DNA from: Narcine bancroftii
Lineage: Eukaryota
Length of the DNA: 64,000 nt
NCBI RefSeq assembly: GCF_036971445.1
Contig: NC_091476.1
Span: 133,548,001-133,612,000 of the forward strand
Direction of reading: 5' to 3'
Shown: one piece after another, positions 1 to 13,053 of the stretch
Layout: every line of letters begins with the position of its first letter
Position numbering within the stretch: the stretch's first letter is position 1
Program-made: the position numbers and the translations under genes
The notes under the pieces: generated by a model
What the model was told of the DNA's origin: nothing
Databases searched by the model: none
Seen by the model: only the letters and a program-made list of their open reading frames with translations

Positions 1-172
1 GAGAATCTGATCTGGCTCATGATTGAAGTGTTTTAAAAAAAAATGTCTACAAAGTTATTTACTGCATGGAGAATTTTATTCCTTTTGAACCATCGAACCT
101 TGTTACATTATGATTATCATTTTAATGGATGACTGATGTTCCTATTATGTTTCACTTTCTCTTTGTAATCAG

Positions 173-267
173 CAAACAAAAACTTTTTTTGACCTTTGGG
201 AACAAAATATGAAAAAGCAACATTATGAACCAGCTGTGAAGACTCTGAATAAAGCAATAGGAATTTG
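173..267 (+). CDS. TTC3: TTC3-like exon (TPR start: ...NMKKQHYEPAVKTLNKAIGI)
   Basis: Pyrimidine tract + AG at 171-172, GTAAG donor at 268; TPR-like helix; ends phase 2, matching the next exon. Confidence 0.7.
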
Positions 268-483
268 GTAAGAATTTCCAAGAGTAGATTCCACAGATGA
301 TATAAAATGTTTTGGCCTACTTATGAATGAGAATAATGAATTAGTGGCTGTGCATGCATTTTGGTGTCTTTTGAAAAAGGAGCAGTGCTCTAGGTCTTTT
401 AAGCTTGCTCTGTCACTAAATAAGATCGTGGAAAATAATGTACCTTGTAGATGGAGGTTTAATACTGCATTATTAAAAAGAGT

Positions 484-2770
484 CCATACCTGCTGCTTTG
501 CCACTTTTCAGTTGTTCGATTGCCTTATATGTCTCATCCAGGGTGAGGACCTCATCCAGCTCTAGCCTTAGGGGCTGTTGAGGGAGCTGGAGCAGGGCGG
601 AATCTTGGACTGAGCGGTTGGCACTGAAAAGAGATTGGAAGTGTTCTGACCATCGGTTGAGGATGGAGATCTTGTCGCTGAGGAGGACTTTGCTGTCTGA
701 GCTGTGCAGCGGGCTTTGGACTTGGGGTGAGGGGCCATACACAGCCTTTAGAGCCTCGTAGAAACCCCTGAAGTCGCCAATGTCCGCGCTGAGCTGGGTT
801 CGTTTGGCGAGTCTAGTCCACCACTCATTTTGGATCTCCCGGAGTTTGCGCTGAAGATGGCTGCATGCGCGACGGAAGGCTTGTTTCTTCTCTGGACAGG
901 ATGGCTTTGTAAGGTGAGCCTGGTGGGCAGCTCGCTTCTTTGCCAGCAGCTCCTGGATTTCCTGGCTGTTTTCATCAAACCAGTCCTTGTTTTTCCTGGA
1001 GGAGAAGCCCAGTACCTCTTCAGTGGATTGCAGGTATGGATGGAATCCCCCCCAGAGGTCTGGAAGGCTGGCGGCAAAACTCTGCATGCCAAACTGCATG
1101 AGTTTTTCAAGCTTTGTTGGGACCAAGGAAAACTGCCTCAGGACCTTCGTGATGCCATCATCATCACCCTGTACAAAAACAAAGGCGAGAAATTAGATTG
1201 CTCAAACTACAGGGGAATCACGCTGCTCTCCATTGCAGGCAAAATCTTCGCTAGGATTCTACTAAATAGAATAATACCTAGTGTCGCCGAGAATATTCTC
1301 CCAGAATCACAGTGCGGCTTTCGCGCAAACAGAGGAACTACTGACATGGTCTTTGCCCTCAGACTGCTCCAAGAAAAGTGCAGAGAACAAAACAAAGGAC
1401 TCTACATCACCTCTGTTGACCTCACCAAAGCCTTCGACACCGTGAGCAGGAAAGGGCTTTGGCAAATACTAGAGCGCATCGGATGTCCCCCAAAGTTCCT
1501 CAACATGATTATCCAACTGCACGAAAACCAACAAGGTCGGGTCAGATACAGCAATGAGCTCTCTGAACCCTTCTCCATTAACAATGGCGTGAAGCAAGGC
1601 TGTGTTCTCGCACCAACCCTCTTTTCAATTTTCTTCAGCATGATGCTGAACCAAGCCATGAAAGACCCCAACAATGAAGACACTGTTTACATCCGGTACT
1701 GCACGGATGGCAGTCTCTTCAATCTGAGGCGCCTGCAAGCTCACACCAAGACACAAGAGAAACTTGTCCGTGAACTACTCTTTGCAGACGATGCCGCTTT
1801 AGTTGCCCGTTCAGAGCCAGCTCTTCAGCGCTTGACGTCCTGCTTTGCGAAAACTGCCAAAATGTTTGGCCTGGAAGTCAGCCTGAAGAAAACTGAGGTC
1901 CTCCATCAGCCAGCTCCCCACCATGACTACCAGCCCCCCCACATCTCCATCGGGCACACAAAACTCAAAACGGTCAACCAGTTTACCTATCTCGTCTGCA
2001 CCATTTCATCAGATGCAAGGATCGACAATGAGATAGACAACAGACTCGCCAAGGCAAATAGCGCCTTTGGAAGACTACACAAAAGAGTCTGGAAAAACAA
2101 CCAACTGAAAAACCTCACAAAGATTAGCGTATACAGAGCCGTTGTCATACCCACACTCCTGTTCGGCTCTGAATCATGGGTCCTCTACCGGCATCACCTA
2201 CGGCTCCTAGAACGCTTCCACCAGCGTTGTCTCCGCTCCATCCTCAACATTCATTGGAGCGCTTTCATCCCTAACGTCGAAGTACTCGAGATGGCAGAGG
2301 TCGACAGCATCGAGTCCACGCTGCTGAAGATCCAGCTGCGCTGGGTGGGTCACGTCTCCAGAATGGAGGACCATCGCCTTCCCAAGATCGTGTTATATGG
2401 CGAGCTCTCCACTGGCCACCGTGACAGAGGTGCACCAAAGAAAAGGTACAAGGACTGCCTAAAGAAATCTCTTGGTGCCTGCCACATTGACCACTGCCAG
2501 TGGGCTGATATCGCCTCAAACCGTGCATCTTGGCGCCTCACAGTTTGGCGGGCAGCAACCTCCTTTGAAGAAGACCGCAGAGCCCACCTCACTGACAAAA
2601 GGCAAAGGAGGAAAAACCCAACCCCAACCAACCAATTTTCCCCTGCAGCCGCTGCAACCGTGTCTGCCTGTCCCGCATCGGACTTGTCAGCCACAAACGA
2701 GCCTGCAGCTGACGTGGACTTTTACCCCCTCCATAAATCTTTGTCCGCGAAGCCAAGCCAAAGAAAAGAA
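484..2770 (+). mobile_element. Young RTE-clade LINE, 5'-truncated with 5' inversion (484-~1029 inverted; ~1030-2770 forward, RT domain)
   Basis: RT motifs (NYRGITLL, QCGFR, DLTKAFD, GVKQG, LFADD), A/GAA-rich tail, 12-bp TSD ATTAAAAAGAGT at 472-483 and 2771-2782. Confidence 0.95.
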
Positions 2771-4103
2771 ATTAAAAAGAGTAGATTTCTGTGATTTTTT
2801 TGTTATATATAAGAAAGCAAATTCAATTATTTTTTGAAGTGAACTTTAATTCATTAGATAATAAATATTATTTGGGATGCATTAAAAACATATACAAGAG
2901 GTCAAATAGTAAGTTACTCAGCTAAAATTAAAAAGGAATATATAAAAGAGACAACAATTAAAACAGGAAATAGGTAAATTAGAAAAAAGATTTACAAAAT
3001 AAGCAAAAGCAATTAATAAAAAAACTTGAATATAACACCATTCAGACACATAACAAAAGCTAATTAACTAAACAGATACTATGAATTAGGAGAAAGAGCT
3101 CAAAGTTTTAGCATGCCAATTGAAAGCAAAACAGACATCTAGAGTGATTAATGCAATTAAAAAATCTTCGGGGACAATTGCATATAAACCACAAGAAATA
3201 AATTATGTATTTAAAGAATTTTATTCTGAATTATATAATTCGGAATCAGCACATGATGAAAATAAGATTGAAATAAGATTGACAAGTTTTTTATCACAAA
3301 TTACTTTACCTAGTCTGAATGATAGAGAGCAAATAGATTTGAATGTAGTATTTACGGCAAAGGAAATTAGTGAGGTAATAATCTCTGCAAAATAACAAAT
3401 CGCCAGGAGAAGATGGATTTCCTGTAGAATTTTATTAAAAAATTTAAAGATCTTTTAATACCTCCATTTATGAAGGTTTTAAATTATGCTATGAATGTAC
3501 ATTTTCTGCTAGAATTCTTCTTAATTGCAGTTATTACAGTAATTCAAAAAAAGATAGAGATCCAATGAAACCAGTATTATAGACCAATTTTCTTATTAAA
3601 TATTGATTATAAAATATTAACAAATAGATTGGCAAAGTATTTACCAAAATTAATACATATGGATCAAACTGGATTTGTTAAGGGTCAGAAATCTGAAGAT
3701 AATGCAGCGAGGCTTCTTAGTTTGACACATTTGGTTCAAAAAAAAGGGAGAGACCTGAGTGTGGCAGTGACTTTGGATGCTAAAAAGGCATTTGATAGAT
3801 TAGAATGGGATCTCTTTAAAATTTTAGAGAAATGCAGATTGGGTTCAATGTTCATAGATTGGGTTAAAATGTTGTATTTAAAGAAAACTATTGGAAAAAG
3901 TAGTGACAAATGGGCAGATTTCAATATCTTTTGAATTAACAAGATCAAGTAGACAAGGTTGCCCATTGTCACTGGCCTTGTTTGTTTTAGGAATAGAACT
4001 ATTAGCTGAATTAATAAGACAGGATTCTAAGGTGAAGCAAGAAGAATATAAAATATATTTATTTGCAGATGATGTTTTAATTTATTTAATATATGCTTTA
4101 AAT

Positions 4104-4475
4104 TAGTGGTTCTCAACCTGATTCTTTTCCACTCACATACCACTTTAAGTAATCCCTATGTCATCGGTGCTCTGTGATTATTAAGGGATTGCTTAAGGTG
4201 GTATGTGAGTGGGAAGGGAAAGTTAAGAATTACTGCTGTAGACCCAATTGTTACTGAAATATTTTGCTTGAGAAAAATTGTCATTGGGTAATTTCCTTTG
4301 GAGTTATGAAATCGTGCACTTAACAAGTCAATTAGGTATGATTGAAACAGTGGTTTTTAAACTTTTTCTTTCCATATACCACCTGAAGCAATCACTTAGT
4401 AATTTCAGAGCACCTATGGCATAGGGAATAATTAAACTGGTATGTGAGTGGAAAGAAAAAGGTTAAGAATTACTG
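4104..4475. mobile_element. hAT-type non-autonomous element (composite MITE)
   Basis: (C/T)AGTGGTTCTCAACC...GGTTAAGAATTACTG ends; 8-bp TSD CTTTAAAT at 4096-4103 and 4476-4483. Confidence 0.85.
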
Positions 4476-6836
4476 CTTTAAATTCTTTGCAAGAATTTAA
4501 CATTAGAATAAAAGAATATGAAGACAAATCGGGATATATAATTAATTTGGAGAAAAGTGAAATTATGTCTTTAGTTAATGGAGATTATCAGAAATGTAAG
4601 GAAGTAATTAAAACCTGATGGCCAGATCTTGAAATAAATTATATAGGTATTTGTATGCAATCAGATTTGACAAAGTTATTTAAATGATTTATCTTTATTG
4701 AAGAAAATTAGAGGATTTGGAAAAATGGAGTATGTTACCTATACTTTGGATAGAGTAAATTGTGTTAAGGTTAATGTTTTTTCACAAATACAATATTAAA
4801 TCGATTTCAATTCCTCAAAATTTTTTTTAAGCAATTAAATGTTTGTGTTAGAAAATTTTTATGTAAAGGCTAGGGTTTATTTGGAGAAATTAATGTGGAA
4901 ATAAGATTTAGGAGGTTAACATCTTCCCAATTTTATGAATGATTTTGAGAAATTTTTGGTCAAGATTTAGTATTACCAGTGGAGACAGAAGTAGAATTAT
5001 GTACTAGGGATGTAAAGAAATTTATTTCAGAGATGTATAAATTATTATAAAAGAAGGCTCATAAAGGAAGAGTTCATAAACCAAGACATAAATGGGAGGT
5101 AGATTTAAATAAGCAAGAAGAGGAATGTAGATGGATTCAGATATGTAGAGAGAGTATGAAAAGTACAATAAATGTGAGATATCAGTTAGTTCAATATAAC
5201 TTTATTCATCAGTTATATTTAACATCACAAAAGTTACATAAATCTGAATAAATATAAAGCATATTATATTTTAGATGTGGACAAGAAATTGGTATTTTTT
5301 TTGCATTTGACTTGGCAATGTTCCATAATTAAACCTTTTTGGCTTGAAATGGGTAATTTATTAGAACAAATAACTGAAGTAAGATTCCCACAAGATCCAT
5401 AGTTATTTTGACTGGGAGATATTAGAGGGATTAAACCTAAATTAAAGCTGAATATGTATCAATAAAATTTGTTCAAATTTCCTTGAAAATAGCTGGAAAA
5501 TGTATTGCTATAACTTGGAAGCTGAATACTGATTTGGGAATGGATAGATGGCATGCAGAAATTTGGAGTTGTATTCCACTTGGGAACATTACTTAGAATT
5601 TAAGAACTAAATATCATACATTTTGTGAAATATGGAGTCCATATTTACAAACTGTTGGTATTAAAATTTAAAATGAATCTTGAACATTCCCTTTATCGTA
5701 TAGGTCTCTATAAATATTTATATGTTTAAAAGTATTGGAAAGTAAAGTACTCCTGTTGTGGTTTTCTTGTCCCTCTTTTTCTTTTTTTTAGTTTGTAGGA
5801 GGTGGAGGGATTAATAAGAGGTCTTTCTTTTGTATTTTACTTTTTCTTTTTTATAAATACCATGTATATTTAGATTAAGTTTGAAATATTGTGATATGTT
5901 TGCTAAGTGGTCTTATTTTAAATAAAGCATTTAAAAAAAAAATCATGGTTGATCTGAATGTAACCCTCAACTCCACATTACCAGCCAGCAGTGACCTTTG
6001 ACATCCTTGCTTATCAGAAGTATCTGATTCCCTGAAAAATTTCAGAGTTGATTTCAGCTCTTTTGAGGAAGAATTTTGCTCACTAAGATACTCATAATTC
6101 TCTGAGGTAGTAAATTTCATCGTACTTTTGTTTTTTTTAAAATTTTTAAAACATTTTTCACACTATGAACCACACTGATCAAAATACACACAGACATTTC
6201 CCTCTTGAATATACACAGTGTCATTTTCTCCCCTTTTTCCCCTCCATCGTATTTTTGTTTGAAGAGGATGGAGCCTTATTTTCAAACAGTGACCCCAGGC
6301 GTAGATTTTCCCACTAGGCAGAAATGTCTTCCAGACATCTATCTCATAGGTAATGTCTGCAAGATCTCGTACATTTCAATCAATTGCTTAACTTTTCCAA
6401 ATGTCAACAGCTGCAACCTGCAAACATTCAAACTCCCAAGACTTAAATGCAGCAGAAATAAATCAGTCTCTTCAGTTGTTTGTTTGTGTAGCATTTCAGG
6501 CAAGGTGTGAAAAGATTTCAGATAGAGATTGTGATTTAATCAAGTGGTGTGCTTATGGAGGAGGTGTCATGGTGCACTTTAATCTTTGAGGTAGCTTATC
6601 AAAAATTTTACAAGATCTCGAATCCTAGGCTTAGACTTATTGTGATTTTTGTTTTGAGGATCAAAACTTTTAGAGCAAGTTCAAATTATCTATTGGAATG
6701 GTAATAGTTATTTTAAATCTTTTAATCTCTTTTCTTGCATTCATCACAGTGCTTTATTGATAACAATTCACGTTATGATTTTGATGCAATTTGCGATGCG
6801 TTTCAGAACAAAGAACTTTACATTTTTCTATTACAG

Positions 6837-6899
6837 CGCATTCAGTCATTTGTTGTATGAGAAAAGATCTTATTGTTATCTGCAGTTATGTCAATTCAA
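6837..6899 (+). CDS. TTC3: TTC3-like exon (AFSHLLYEKRSYCYLQLCQF)
   Basis: ttacAG acceptor, GTAAGT donor; resembles TTC3 TPR 'NYLLYGNRALCFLRTGQF'; phase 2/2. Confidence 0.85.
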
Positions 6900-7488
6900 G
6901 TAAGTAGCATTTGCTTTTTGTAAACATTCTTTATGAAGTATAATTCCAGATAACATTTTTCAAAAACCTGTTCTTTATGTAATAGCAGGTATTTTTTAAT
7001 TAATGTGAAGGAAGGGGAAGAGGTTTTGGTGGTGGTCTCAACTCGGGAAGTTGATAATATCAGATTAAGCAATGTGATTTAAGATACCTCTGGTATAGAA
7101 ATTCCAGAGAATACATGATTGTTCATTTAGGTTTTGGACAAATCTAAGTTCAGAACCATCCTTCAAATCATGCAAATTGAGAACATTTGTTTTGGCTCTT
7201 CTTAGTACAGCACTTGGCTAATTTTACACACAACTATTAAATTCTTGTTTATTTATCCATGTGAAGAAATAAAATATTCCCATTGAAGAAATTGTTCAAC
7301 TTCAATCAGTTCCCTTGATTTTCTTGTTCATAAAATTAAAAAATGTTCTACCTTTAATTTCTTTGAGTAAAGGTATGCAGAACCATTCAGTCACAATGAG
7401 GTTAATTTGGGTTAACTTTATTAATATTGTTCATGATCATTGCAATGTTGTCCATGTAGTTCATATGCCATTTTTTTTTGTTTTACAG

Positions 7489-7543
7489 AAAAGCATGGAG
7501 TGATGCAAAGCGCTGTATTGTCCTAAAACCTCATTCCATAGAG
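7489..7543 (+). CDS. TTC3: TTC3-like exon (KAWSDAKRCIVLKPHSIE)
   Basis: Poly-T/acAG acceptor, GTGGGT donor; resembles 'NALGDGKRATILKNTWPK'; phase 2/0. Confidence 0.85.
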
Positions 7544-7755
7544 GTGGGTAAAAATTGGTAGTTAAATCTTGTTGGGAATTTCAGATGCTAGCAATGCACA
7601 TCCAAAGTATCAGTAATGACTCTTCTAATGTGTTTCCAAATAATTATGTATTTAACTATTTGAACAGTATAAAAACGTGGAATGAAGTTTTAAAGATCCA
7701 CTTTTGATGCTAGTTTAAAATCACTTGCATCCCTTTTTTGTTTTGTCTCTTTTAG

Positions 7756-7921
7756 GGTCAATACCTCTTTGCTGGAGCACAGTGTGGAAAAGGATGGTAT
7801 GCACGTGCTTTGAAAGCGAATTCGTTGGCAATTCAAATATGTCAGAGGAAAGGGTTGAACATAAAAGGTTTGACAGAACAGCGAGAACTAATTCAAACTG
7901 AGCAATTACTTTCATCAAAAG
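7756..7921 (+). CDS. TTC3: TTC3-like exon (GQYLFAGAQCGKGWYARALKANSLAIQICQRKGLNIKGLTEQRELIQ...)
   Basis: Open exon AG..GTTAGT; resembles 'GHYRYCDALSMLGEYDWALQANIKAQKLCK..IKDLIQQH'; phase 0/1. Confidence 0.88.
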
Positions 7922-9399
7922 GTTAGTCCCAATTCCTTTATGATGCATTTGCTTGCTGCAACTCTTCTGAAGGAACTTTTAGAACAAAATCAACCTCGAT
8001 TGGGGAAGAAAGTTGAAATGTTTTTGTAATTAAGATGTTTAATATCTCAATATGATGCAGTACTTACTGAATGTAATTTTCTTTTAAGTCAAACTTTGTT
8101 CAATATCGTCATTGTTAAAGTATTTAAATGTCCAAATTTTTCATTGTACAACTTATTATACAAGTATACACAATCTAGTGTATGTGAATGATAGTGAGTC
8201 CTCCATTTAAAGATGACTTTGATGAGACTTGTTTATTATCCTGTCCCTGTGCATCATAGGATTGGGAACTGCTCTGCCCAAAACAGCAAGAAACTGCCAG
8301 TCTCCTCCACTAATTTCATATGTTTCTCCTGTCTTGGGAGAGCTGCTAGCATATTAAATAATTAATTCCCACTATGCTTATACTCTTTTCTCTGCCTTCA
8401 TTTGGGTAGAAGATGTGCTTGAAAGCGCAAACCTCTGGATTTAATGATGGGTTGTTTATTGCATCTTCAGACTCTTAACTGCAATGAAGAGAAATTGGCA
8501 AAAGCTAATGGCCTTGCACTGTCTATACACTGCAAGATTTGTATACTTTTAAAAAGTATACAAAAGCATTGGAGAACTGTCTTGTTTTTTTGTTCATTGT
8601 TGCATTATCTGCTGTATAAGTTGACCTGCTTGGACAGCACAGAAAACAGTTTCTTGGTACATATGACGATAAAAATATTAAATTCAGTTATTGAATTGGT
8701 TACTGCCATGTGTACCAAGATACAGTGGAAAAAACTTTTAAACTTAGCACCAACAAGTAATGCAAAATTAAAAAAAACAAGAGTGCAGGGGATAATATTA
8801 AATAAGACAGAAGTGTAGGGTTTGTTTATTGTGAAGGTAAAGTTAAACCAAGCAAGGCATCATTTACTAATGAGAGATCTGTTGCTGAATCAGATAACAG
8901 CAAGAAAGAAATTGTCTGATGTGGCACTATTGACAACCTCCACCCCTCACTTATGAAATTTGGGACTTGGTCTATTTTAAGTGCCTTGAAAATTAAAGCA
9001 TAGACTAATGCTCTGGTACTGGACTGAATTTGTTGAATATAGGAATAGGCATTTTTGGCTGAGATGTTAAAATTAGGATTTCTCTACTCTCTCATAAGAG
9101 CATAAAATATCTTGTGCTATTTCACAGAAAATTAGGAGTATTATCTTTCGTGTGCTGAAAATATTCATCCCTCAAAAGTTCTAAAACCGATTACCTCGAT
9201 TGCAGCTTTACTGCAAATAAATTGCCTGCTTACATTATCTCAGTAGCTATTCTTCAAACAAAATCTACTTGCGAATAAACTATTTCAGAATGTTTGGTAA
9301 GGACATGAGCAATATCATGTAAAGGCAATTCATTCTTTCTTCCTAATTGATTATCAAAAGCATAATATTCTGCATATTTTTGATTTGTTTTTATAATAA

Positions 9400-10080
9400 A
9401 AACAGTTCAATGAAGAAAAGGGAACAAAATCTAAAATACAAAATCTCATAGGTATAAAGATAAAACTTTAAATAGTATAAACTCGATTCCCCCTCCACTG
9501 GTCACCATGTATCTTCATATTTCACTGATGAATCAAATACATGATATCTATTTTTTTTTCTAAACTTAAAAACAGGACATAATATGAGAGAAACATTGGA
9601 GGTCTAGAGTCTTTCCATTTGAATAAGATGGTTCTTCTAGCCAACAATGTAGAAGGCCACAACCCGTTGCCTAGGAATAGAATAACTTCCTATGTCTGGT
9701 TCAATAACCCCAAAAAGAGTAGTTATTAGATTGGGTCGTAGCTCCACCTGAAGTACAGTTGAAAAGATATTAAAAATTTCTTTCCAATAGATTACTAATG
9801 ATGGACAAGACCAAACTGTATGTGTCAATGTAGCAATATCAGTAGGGTTAATGTTAGAAAAAATTCAAGACAACTCATCTTTGGACATGTGAACACGATG
9901 CATCACTTTGAATTGTATTAATGAATGTCAGGCACATATTGAAGATGTTTTCACCAGTTTAAGAACCTTGTCCCATAGATCCTTCAATTAGGGTCTTGCA
10001 AGTTCCAATTTCCAAGCTATTTTAATCTTATGAATTACTGGATGAAATTTCAGTAATCTATTATAATTCTAATTAAGGCA
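9400..10080 (-). mobile_element. L1-clade LINE 3' fragment
   Basis: Minus-strand HxxWSCPSLxxYW and QFKVMHRVHMSK motifs of the fish L1 ORF2 C-terminus; boundaries approximate. Confidence 0.75.
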
Positions 10081-10488
10081 TTTTGCATCATTACAATAGA
10101 CTGTAACAAGATAAATCTAAAGGAAGCAATTGTTGCTGTATCATCTTAAATCCAATCTTCAGTAAAGCTTGAGGAATCTGTATTAATGACATCAAGTGAA
10201 AACTTGTTTCCATAATCTAGTTTTTGATCCTTAGTTTCTGTTGTCTGAATTACCTTAGTCTTTTCATATTATAAGCCCTGAAGTGTTTATAATTATTGAG
10301 GCAGAAATACAAATCATTAAGTCTTCATTTTTGCACATTCTTATTGTGATGGGCAGGGTAATATGATTTCCAATTATACATATAAGGTGGTTAAGGTTGT
10401 ATAATACTAAGGAAATAATCATTCCACCACTTTTGTAATTTTAATGTACAAGACTGTTCTACTTTCAAGTATTTCTGTTTGTGCTTAG

Positions 10489-10525
10489 AGAAGCAAATTG
10501 AGAAAGAGACGAGCGACAGCATCTG
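10489..10525 (+). CDS. TTC3: TTC3-like small exon (EKQIEKETSDSI)
   Basis: cttAG acceptor, GTAAT donor; phase 1/2 bridges the flanking exons. Confidence 0.6.
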
Positions 10526-10677
10526 GTAATTATTTTTTAAATTATGTTCTTCTGATTACAGCTAAGCTGTCCTTTTTTTTAAAAAAAAAGTTGAAAAATT
10601 ATACTTTACTGATTAATTATATATCGGAAGGAAATAAATTCTAAGTCTAAGGTTTGAAAAATTGTATTAATGTACAG

Positions 10678-10855
10678 TTCAAAAGAAAGCTTTGATTCTG
10701 AAAGTTCGACTGTTGAAGAGGATGATGAAGTGGGAGGTGGTGAATCTCGAGAAGACGAAATCCCTTCAGTAGAAGATATGGATGTTTGGTTGGAAAACAC
10801 GAAAGATGATGTTCAGGCTGAGCAGCAGCAAAATGAGCGATCTTTGCATTTCAAC
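10678..10855 (+). CDS. TTC3: TTC3-like acidic exon (SKESFDSESSTVEEDDEV...LHFN)
   Basis: acAG acceptor, GTAAGT donor, open acidic frame; phase 2/0. Confidence 0.75.
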
Positions 10856-11013
10856 GTAAGTTCACAATTTATCCTTGCATTTAGTGTAATTTAAGAAGTA
10901 GGTGAAATTTTATTTTTAATTCTTTGTAGACGTGTAATTTTAGGCACTTGCTAAACAGATACTGAAATGCTGAGCTCAGTAACTAAATGTTCAACAGGGC
11001 TGCACCAGAGAAA

Positions 11014-11737
11014 TCTTCTTCTTCTTTGGCTTGGCTTCGCGGACGAAGCGGGTAAATGTCCACGTCAGCTGCAGGCTCATTTGTGGCTGACAAGTCCGAT
11101 GCGGGACAGGCATACACAGTTGCAGCGGTTTCAGGGGAAAATTGGTGGGTTGGGTGTTGGGTTTTTCCTCCTTTGTCTTTTATCAGTGAGGTGGGCTCTG
11201 CAGTCTTCTTCAAAGGAGGTTGCTGCCCGCCGAACTGTGAGGCGCCAAGATGCACGGTTTGAGGCAATATCAGCCCACTGCCGGTGGTCAATGTGGCAGG
11301 CACCAAGAGATTTCTTTAGGCAGTCCTTGTATCTCTTCTTTGGTGCACCTCTGTCACGGTGGCCAGTGGAGAGCTCGCCATATAACATGATCTTGGGAAG
11401 GCGATGGTCCTCCATTCTGGAGACGTGACCTACCCAGCGCAGTTGGATCTTCAGCAGCGTGGATTCGATGCTGTCGGCCTCTGTCATCTCGAGTACTTCA
11501 ATGTTAGGGATGAAAGCGCTCCAATGAATGTTGAGGATGGAGCGGAGACAACGCTGGTGGAAGTGTTCTAGGAGCCGTAGGTGATGCCAGTAGAGGACCC
11601 ATGTTTCGGAGCCAAACAGGAGTGTGGGTATGACACCGGCTCTGTATACGCTAATCTTTGTGAGGTTTTTCAGTTGGTTGTTTTTCCAGACTCTTGTTTA
11701 GTCTTCCAAAGGCGCTATTTGCCTTGGCGAGTCTGTT
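11014..11737 (-). mobile_element. RTE LINE 3' fragment (same family)
   Basis: Near-identical reverse complement of ~2037-2765; (GAA)n tail. Confidence 0.95.
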
Positions 11738-12843
11738 ATTTTAATTTATTTTAATTGGTCAACCCTATTAATTTGAACTGTAATAATAATTTTTTATGGT
11801 TAAAAGTGAATTAACAGTTTGCATCATTTTATTCTCTATTTTGCATTTTTTAGGCTTTACACTTTATAGATTTGTATCTGTTGGAGGGTTGTTTTTAATG
11901 AATGGAACTCAGCTCAATAAATATCTAAAACCAGTTTCTGTTTATTCCAGAAAATGTTTGTACATAACTAAATTTGAAATAACTTTTGCACCGCCTTGCC
12001 ATCTTGTAACAAGTTTCTAAAAGTTAATGCTAAAGTCAGAACCAATGATGAAGAGTGTTAACCTAATGATTTTGGCATATGGAAGAGAAATTTGAAATGT
12101 GGATTTGTATTTGCTGCTTTTGTTTGTTTTTTGCCACATTATTATCTAGTGCAGTGAGAAGGGTTCCTCTACATGTGATCTCATGTTAACTTTAATATTT
12201 ATATCGCCTTGTAAGTGGAAGAAGAGTATATAGTTGCAATGAAGAAAGATTAGATAGTTCCAAGCAAGAGCAGTATGAAAGCAGAATTGTGGGATCCATT
12301 CAGGAGCCTGATGTTGAAGAAGAGGTCTTTCAATCTTGTGATTTTACACTCTTGAGCCTTCTCAAGGGGAGTAAGGCTTTTTGCAACTCGCAGATAGAAT
12401 AAAATTGTATAAATTGAGTTATATAAATATTAAAATTAACATGAGATCACATGTAGAGGAACCCTTCCCACTGCACTAGATATAATTGAGGTCTATTCAT
12501 GTAAAAAAAGGACCCCTATGGGGCAGCATTTACTTTCTAAAGACCAATTAGAAGTATTCAGTGGTTGCCTGATTTTACATTTGTCAGTACTATCTTTCTG
12601 CCCAAGTTTGTGTCTCTGTTGGTATTCACTTAATGAATGTGCATGCTGCTAAAGTAGGAGTTGATGATTACATAAACCCCTATCTCTGCAACATTTGCAC
12701 CCAAGCAGATTTTAGGCTATTGTGTATTCCAATAAAGTGCTGATCAATTCCTTCATTTTTTGGATGACCATTTGTGAATTTGAATTTTTTGCATAAAATT
12801 CACATTTTCCCACAATATTAAATCTGTATGTGATTGTATAAAC

Positions 12844-13053
12844 CAGCCATTCTCAATCTTTTTTGGCTATGGCCAAGTTAGGTCTCTACTCAAATTTTAT
12901 GGGCCTCCTTCCCTGTGAAGCAGTTACGTTTAGTTGGTTTCCTTTGTATTTCTCTCCTACTGACATATTTTATGATTTCATTGCGTACCTCCCTCCTTAA
13001 ATATGCTGTTCGGCCCCCAGGGAGGCCGAACAGCTCCCTGTTGAGAGGGACTG
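12844..13053. mobile_element. Degenerate hAT-like MITE
   Basis: CAGCCATTCTCAA...TTGAGAGGGACTG termini; TSD poorly preserved. Confidence 0.4.

Larger units (their letters stand above)
395..5942 (+). mobile_element. Degenerate L1/Tx1-clade LINE ORF2 (interrupted by the RTE and a hAT MITE)
   Basis: WRFNTALL|KRVDF reads through the RTE insertion; KSPGEDG, DQTGF, DAKKAFDRLEW, RQGCPLS, LFADD fragments; AATAAA + poly-A at 5920-5942; 5' boundary approximate. Confidence 0.85.

Noticed and set aside
1-110. Possible 3' end of an upstream exon (ENLIWLMIE)
   Set aside because: No convincing donor or homology; truncated by the window edge
830-2794. 654-aa ORF as an intact gene or autonomous element
   Set aside because: N-terminus is antisense read-through of the inverted RTE segment; endonuclease is missing and the C-terminus is frameshifted
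6750-6836. Longer form of the 6837-6899 exon from an upstream in-frame AG
   Set aside because: The extra 29 residues would break TPR spacing; the downstream acceptor has the better pyrimidine tract
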